A program made the translations under genes and the position numbers. From NCBI GenBank assembly GCA_013239625.1, contig MU056434.1, forward strand, positions 806,001 to 870,000: a DNA stretch of 64,000 nucleotides, read 5' to 3'. This DNA is from Lama guanicoe. Lineage: Eukaryota. The notes under the pieces are model-generated. The model was not told the origin of the DNA, did not search any database, and saw only the letters and a program-made list of their open reading frames with translations. Below are positions 50,730-64,000 of the stretch, one piece after another; positions within the stretch are counted from its first letter, which is position 1, and the number at the start of each line of letters is the position of its first letter.

Positions 50730-51680
50730 TCCAGAAGCACCGACTGGGCGGACAGGGAGGGGCGAGCAGGGCTCGTCACGGACCTGCAGGCGGGTCCGGA
50801 CGTGAGTATCCCTGCAGAGCCCCCAGCAGGGCCCCTTGCAGCGCGAGTCTCTGGGCCAGCAGGTGACGTGTCTGCGAGGGTAGGGCCCGAGGCTGGCGTC
50901 CCTGTCAGCGGGGCAGGCTGAGAAGGCCGCTGGGGGTCACACGGCGGAGTCAGCAGCTTGGCGCAGCCCCGGGGGCGGAGCGTAGGGAGGTGCAGCCCCG
51001 AGCGACGGCGCGAGCGGCCAAAAGAGTCCTGGCTCGCGGCGCCCAGCCCCGCCCCCCGCCGCGCGACCCAATGGCGAGCGCTCAGACTGCGGGGGGCGGG
51101 GCATGGGCGGTGGCAGCAGCGCGCGGGCGCGGCACCCGGAAGTCGGCCGCGGCGGCGGAGGCGGTGAGTTCGCGGCGGGGGGCGGCAGGCGGGCGGCGGA
51201 CTGCGCTGTTGGCAGGCTGCGCTCTCGGCGGGCTCAGAGCTCGGCGCTTGGGGCGCGGACTCTGGAAGCGGGGCTCAGACTCAAGGCTCGGGGTGCGGAC
51301 TCGGGGTGCGGGGCGCGGACTCCGGGCATGGGGCTTAGTCGCGGGGCTCGGACTTGGGAAGCGGATGCGTCTCCCGCCCTGCTTCAGTATCCCGTTCTCG
51401 AAGTGGGGAATACACGTCCAGCGGCCGGTCCGGCGAGACCAAGCCCACCCCGGCAGAGGAAGCGTTCTTCGCGTTCCTGAAAGGTGTTTCCAGTGTCCCC
51501 GATGGAGTGGGGCGCGGGCCCCCGCAGGCAGGGCCGATGTCCCTCGGGGGGCAGCCCTGCGAGCCCGGAGCTGCGCGGTCGTCGCCAGGCGAGGGTCGGT
51601 AGGCTACGGGTAGGTCGGCTCTGGAGCCCTGAGTCACGCTGCTCCCTCCGTGCGCCCTGCTGCGGGCGACAGCTGATGTC
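50730..51680 (+). promoter_or_regulatory. TANGO2: TANGO2 CpG-island promoter and short non-coding exon 1 (donor after 51163)
   Basis: CpG island; CCAAT 51068-51072, GC boxes, ETS motif CCGGAAGT 51136-51143, donor GCG|gtgagt. Confidence 0.85.
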
Positions 51681-54600
51681 TGTCCCAGGGTGCAGCAAGT
51701 GCCAGGTCATCCGTGCGCCTGGACACGGCCTTCCTGGGGTAGCTGAGGTGGTCAGACCTACCCCCAGGGCATCAGGGGAGGGGGCTGGGCAGGGCTGCAC
51801 CCAAGCCAAAGCCTTGGAGCCGCTGGGCTTTAACACCCCTTCCCACCCCAGGAGCTCCCGCACTTACCTCTGGGCCACAGCTTTGGTGTGGGCCTTCTGC
51901 CCTTGGACCGGTCCCTGAACATCAGGCTCCAGTCTCTCCTCCACCAGGGATGTCGCATGATCAGCCAGGCCTCCCTGCTGTCCTGCTGCGGACCTGCCTG
52001 CTGGTGTTTTGCTGCAGCTGTTTGCACTAGGCAGCCCTGCAGTGATGGCAGCTGTGAGGGGCGCCTGCAGCTGGTAGCTCTTGGGAAGTGCTCTCTGCCA
52101 CTGGCTCTTTCATCCTCTGGGCAGACTTTTGTGGCAAGTGTTTGTTGGCCAGACATCATTATCAGTGAAGAACACTGTGGAGCAGATGGTGTTCCCAAGG
52201 TCACTTAGAGCCAGAGCTGGCCCTTTCTTCCGGGTCCCCTCTGCCAGGAGCCTTCCTGCCTCAGATGACCTGTTGGGTGGGGTGGGGCTGCCAGAGAGGG
52301 TGGCTGTGTTGGCAGGTGGACACAGCAGAGCCTCTGTTCCCCTCTCCCCAGGTTCTCAGGGCTCCCAGTGGGTGGAGCATGTTGCTTTGGTACTCCCACC
52401 CTCTTGGACCCCTGACCATTGGCTTCGAAAGCATGGGTCCCCCAGTCCTGTGGCTTCGTGTTACTGGTGTGTCCACAGAATGCAAGCCCCTCAGACCAGG
52501 CTGCTGGCTGGCAGTTCTGGCCTGTTGCCCAGCCCCTGAGCTGTTACTGCTGCCTCACTCTTTGCGTCTGTATTTGTGCGCCATCACTGGATCATGTTTT
52601 ACCCTGGATGTAATGACACGCAGTGTCGTGTGGACTTACTCCTGGGCTGGTGGCTGCTCTCGAAGACACCTCCTAGTGCCTGCTCTCCTGCCCGTGGGTG
52701 CTGCTTCTGAGTGTGCCTGGGGCTCAGGGCTGCTGGAAGTGGGGCCACACTTGTCACTGACGCTCCAGATGTGTGAGAACTGGGTCTATGCTTTGGCAAC
52801 GTGTCAGCCGGCGCATGAGGACAGTTTGCTGGTCTGGACCTCGGCATTTGGTGAGGGGCTCTGTGAGAATGAGGTGGCCCCTAGACCACTGAGTTCCTCT
52901 TTCAGACTATCCATGCAGCTTTTTTACCTGTCAGCTTTCTTCTTAGGTTGCAAAAATAACAGATATACCCTTAAAAGTAAAAAGGCCGGTGCCTACCTCC
53001 TAGTGTCCACTGGTGCTCAGGGTGCCCCTGCCGGGCCTTCAGGACCACGCCAGCTATAAGTGCTTGCTTCCACCTGCCTTGAGGGGCTGTGGGGACGCCC
53101 CCTTCCTGCTCTGACCACGTGAGCCGCAGGGGCCATCTGAGACACTGCCCCCCCCCCCCGTGTTGGAGGGAGGCGGCGAGGAAGCTGTGTTCCTGCCAGG
53201 AGGGGCTGAGGTGCGGGACCTCTGTGCGTCCAGAGCCCCTCACTTGTGTTCCCCTTTTGAACCCTGAAGGGACAGTGACACTGGTGTGAGGCTGAATTAG
53301 TGCCCCTAAAACATCTCCAAGAGCTCAGGAAGGAGTATCACTATAGAGAGCCTGCTGTGGCGAAATGCCATTTACCCGCCAAGCCAAGCGACAAAGTGGG
53401 GATTGCTGCGTCCTCAGTCGTGGGCGGGGAGGAGGGCGGAGCCTCAGGGTGGGGTGGCTACTCTCAAAAGGGGCAGACACCATGCGTCCTCTGCCAAGGC
53501 CCCAAACAGCCTAGCCGGCAAATGATAGCGCGGGTGGGACGCGGGGTGGGGCGCCTGCCTGCTCCTCCGCCCAAGACCAGACAGGAGTGGGGTGCAGCCT
53601 CCAGGGCTCAGTCACCCCTCCGCCTGCCCGAGGAGCAGCCTGGAGGAGGCTAATCGCCCCCGCCCCTGGGCTCCCACTCACTCACCTGTGTCGCTGCCCT
53701 CCCTGCTGCCTCTGACCAGCGGTGTGTCTCCTCCCTCGGTCCAGGTGCCCTGTTTGCCTTTTCAACAAAGAAAGTACTCTGGGGGTGCAGGCCCCCACCT
53801 CATGGCCTGGTGCTCACCTGAGTGGGTGGGTCCTTGTGCATATCTCATGTGCTCTGTCCTGTCATGAGGAACTTTGACCAGGGCTGGGCCTGTTCTTGAC
53901 CAGTCTCCTGGGAACGGCTCTTCTCCCAGCCTCTCCTGCCTCACCTCCCTGGCGCAGAGGACCATCTCAAAGCCACGCGGGGAGAAGGGCAGGGTCTGTC
54001 CATGTTCTCCTCTCTTTTCTGGATGGACAATTCGGTTTTCCCGATGTAAACCTTGCCTACTGGAAAGGCACATGTTTTAGGTGTCTGGTTTCATGGCTGG
54101 TGCAAGTACCTCCTGTGTGGGGGTGTGGACACCAGACCCCAGGCGTCTCCCTGCAGGTCCCCTTGTCCCCTGGACCAGGTGGCCTGCCCTGAGCTCTGTC
54201 CCCATGCATAAGTCTTGCTTATTCCTCACCTCAGATAAGCACTGAGTGGTATGCTTTCTCCTGGTTGGGGCCCTACGCTGTCCTGGTGTGTGGAGGGCGG
54301 ACTGCACAGCCTGACAGGGGCAGCAGGGCCCTGTGCGTGCGATAACCCTACAGCACTCCCGTGCTTTGCTAAGGACGATCTGGAAGCACGCAGCCACCCG
54401 AAACTGCGGGAGCATGCTCTTGGATGACCTGAGAGTGGGAACCACCACAGAAGGGCCACTGGTCCCTGGAGCAGCTGTTTGTGGCAGCAGGAGACATGCA
54501 CTTGAGCTGGGGCACAGAGGGGCCGGATGGATCGAGTGGCCAGGCGGGCAGCAGCGTGAGAGGCCAAGTGGGCCAGGAGAAGGGGAGGGCAGGCCCTTGG

Positions 54601-54800
54601 TGTGTACTCAGGAGGGGTGGCTCTGGGTGGGCAGCTGGCAGATCAGTGTGTGGTGCCCGTTAGCCCTCTGGCAGGGCTGGGGTGGAGGGCATCCCCCCAG
54701 CATTGCTGGGCTGGGGGCACCCTGGGAGAAGGAGGGTGTGGGATGGTGGGATATGAAGCTGAGAAGAGGAAGGGCTGGGGGCAGTGGGCCTGGCTCGAAT

Positions 54801-54881
54801 AGGGGGCGAGGGACTGGAGAGAAAGGCAGTTCCTGATGGTCCCTCCCCAGGGGCTGGCTTTCCTCTGGTCCTTCCCTCCCA
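54801..54881 (+). ncRNA. MIR185: pre-miR-185 (5p 54815-54836; 3p 54849-54870), intronic in TANGO2
   Basis: Mature 5p TGGAGAGAAAGGCAGTTCCTGA and 3p AGGGGCTGGCTTTCCTCTGGTC form a hairpin; expected syntenic position. Confidence 0.97.
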
Positions 54882-56700
54882 ATGACCGCACCTTCGTCGA
54901 GGCCACAGCCGAGGCTCTGCACCCACACCTCTGGCGGCAGGCTGCCCAGAGACGACCTTGGTGGCCTTCTTTCCCATCACAGAGCCTTTCTTGCCACCGC
55001 CTTTTGGAAGGCTGGTCTGCCACCCACCAGAGTCAGCTAGGACTGGGGGGTCCTGCAGCCGAGTGGGGGCTCTGCATCTGGTCTGTGAGCAGCAGTGGCC
55101 AGAGCTGCCCCCGGCCAGTGGCCTCACCCAGCGGCCAGGCATGCAGCCTGGGTTGGGGGTTGGGGGCGTGGCAGGTCTAGGCTGACCTGGTGGCCTCCTT
55201 CTCTGACAGCCCAGAGTGGTGTGTTCCCAGTGGGGCAGCCTTCTGTCCTGATGGGGCTCTGGGCGAGTGGGGTCTCAGCAGGCGTGGGCTGGCAGGACTT
55301 CTCCCACTGACCTCAGCAGCCTGGTTGCCACGGACAGCACTGGTCAGCCTTGCCCAGAGCATTCTTGTGTCTGGGAGAGACCAGTCCCCTGGGAGTGGGG
55401 GACCTGTGCCTCCTGTGCTGGACTCTGGTCACGTGGCAGATGGGACAGCTGGGCCTGCAACACCCAGCCTGCACCCTGTCTCCCTGCATTGCACTCTGGA
55501 GGGTTCTGCTGACCTGTCTCATCTCCTGTGTCTCATCTGCTCTTAAATCCTCTGCTGAGTGTTAGTTCGTGCTTACTGTGCCTTCTGTTTCTGAAGGTTC
55601 TTTCGGGTGCTAGGTGGACGTCCTGGCTCTCTTTATCAGGGCCCTTCCCTGCAGATCTTCCCGGGTTCCTTGTTCCTGCACTCAGAGTATGGCTGGGTTA
55701 TGGGACGCTTGGGGACTCGTGCACGTTCTTGTTTGTGGTGCTTTGTTTCATTTTGTGGTTCTTTCTGACTGTCCTACTCTTCGCCCTTGAGTTTAATCGT
55801 GAGACTTCTCAGAAGTCCGGGATGAAGGTGAAAACTGGTTTGTCCGGCACCCAGGGGCACTGCCAGTGCGGGAGCCCTTCAAATGGAGCCCCTGGGTCCC
55901 CAGTGTGGCCCTGGCTCCGCTCTTGGGGTTCTCAGGGACCACCCCCAACTTCTGCACAAAAAGTCACACACAGGCATCAGGGCCATGTGCTGAGCGTACC
56001 CCATCGTGCTCCCCGGGCATCTGTCTGTCCCCTGCCATCCCTGCGCAGCCTCTTTGCTGCCTGTGTCCCGGCTGCAGTGCCAGCTCTGCACTGGAGCTGT
56101 GGCCCAAGCTCGCCCTCCTGCCCCCTGGTCCAGGTGGGTGGGGTCCTCAACGGTCGGAAAAGGCCCGCAGATGTGGGGCCTTTGTGGGGAGGGGGCGCCA
56201 AGTCCCCACTGCACAGTCCCCTCCCACCCCCAGCACCCCTGGGCCATGGGGGATGGAAGGCAGGTGCTGCGGTGGCCCCAGGCGAGGTGGACATGGTGCC
56301 ACCCTGCCTGGAGGTGCTGGGGCCCTGGCCAGGGGTCTGGAGCTGGCGCTGTGCCAAGGGAAGGAGCAGGCCGTGCAGCTGTCTGGCCCCTGTGTGAGGG
56401 GGTCTCCCCGGCTGCACTCCTGGTGCTTGTGTCACTGCTGCCACCCCTCCAGCACCCGCGTGCCACCTCACATGTGTGTCCAGGGCCGGCAAGGTCACTG
56501 GCTTCGGGGGAAGGTCTGGCCAGTGCTGACAGGTGTGTTGATGCAGATGGGTGAGCGTGGGGTGTCCAGCATGTGGTGTCCCTCATCCAGTGAGGGTCCA
56601 GGCGTTGCGAGGTGGTTCTGTTCAGGCAAGGGAGCCTCGTGGGCTTGGAAGGCAGTTCCACTTAATCAGCTCATGTTTCTTTGTCCTGCAGACCTCGTGA

Positions 56701-63675
<6,975 letters not shown>

Positions 63676-64000
63676 GTGGGTCCACCAGGCGCTGCTCAGG
63701 CCTGGGTCGCAGCTCAGCAGGCAGCGGGGAGCCATGGCGTCTGTGGCAGACCCTCCAGGGATGCCACTCCTGGTGGGCTGGGTGAGCGTCCCTGGTCCAG
63801 CCCCTCCCAGACGCACTGGCGGGGGGGACTTGGGCAGCAGAGCTGAGGTGGGGGCTGCCCCCCCCACACTCCATGACTGCATGAGGGCTGTTGGCTCCTG
63901 CTATGAGAGCCAGAGCAGGACTGTGCTGGGCCGTCTCCCCAGGTCTCCTCCCCGAGTCTGTGGCTGGGGTCCCTAGTCTCTGGTGGACAGAGGTGTCCCA

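Overview
Mammalian, GC-rich genomic DNA syntenic with human 22q11.2. A camelid-type tRNA-derived SINE suggests camel, alpaca or llama. The window holds three genes. (1) The complete COMT coding region on + (4 coding exons, 6580-10598; MB-COMT 273 aa, S-COMT 225 aa). (2) ARVCF on - (17 coding exons, 31521-12979, 960 aa), with its upstream CpG-island promoter near 47.4 kb, an internal CpG-island promoter/alternative first exon (MPAELRQ) near 27.7 kb, an 18-nt microexon and two alternative C-termini. (3) The 5' part of TANGO2 on + (promoter near 51.1 kb, coding exons 56734-63675, running off the window), hosting MIR185 in intron 1. All exon boundaries were read from the sequence and are GT-AG with consistent phases. 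Repeats include ERV1-like and ERVL-like internal fragments, L1, MIR, CR1/L3 and a SINE with target-site duplications. There is a 523-nt assembly gap and two near-perfect tandem duplications (156 bp, ~327 bp) that may be assembly artefacts. Almost all long ORFs in the six-frame track are by-products of high GC. I found no evidence of a previously undescribed biological system. The points of interest are isoform/regulatory architecture and a few lineage-specific changes. Comparisons with human sequences are from memory and need alignment.
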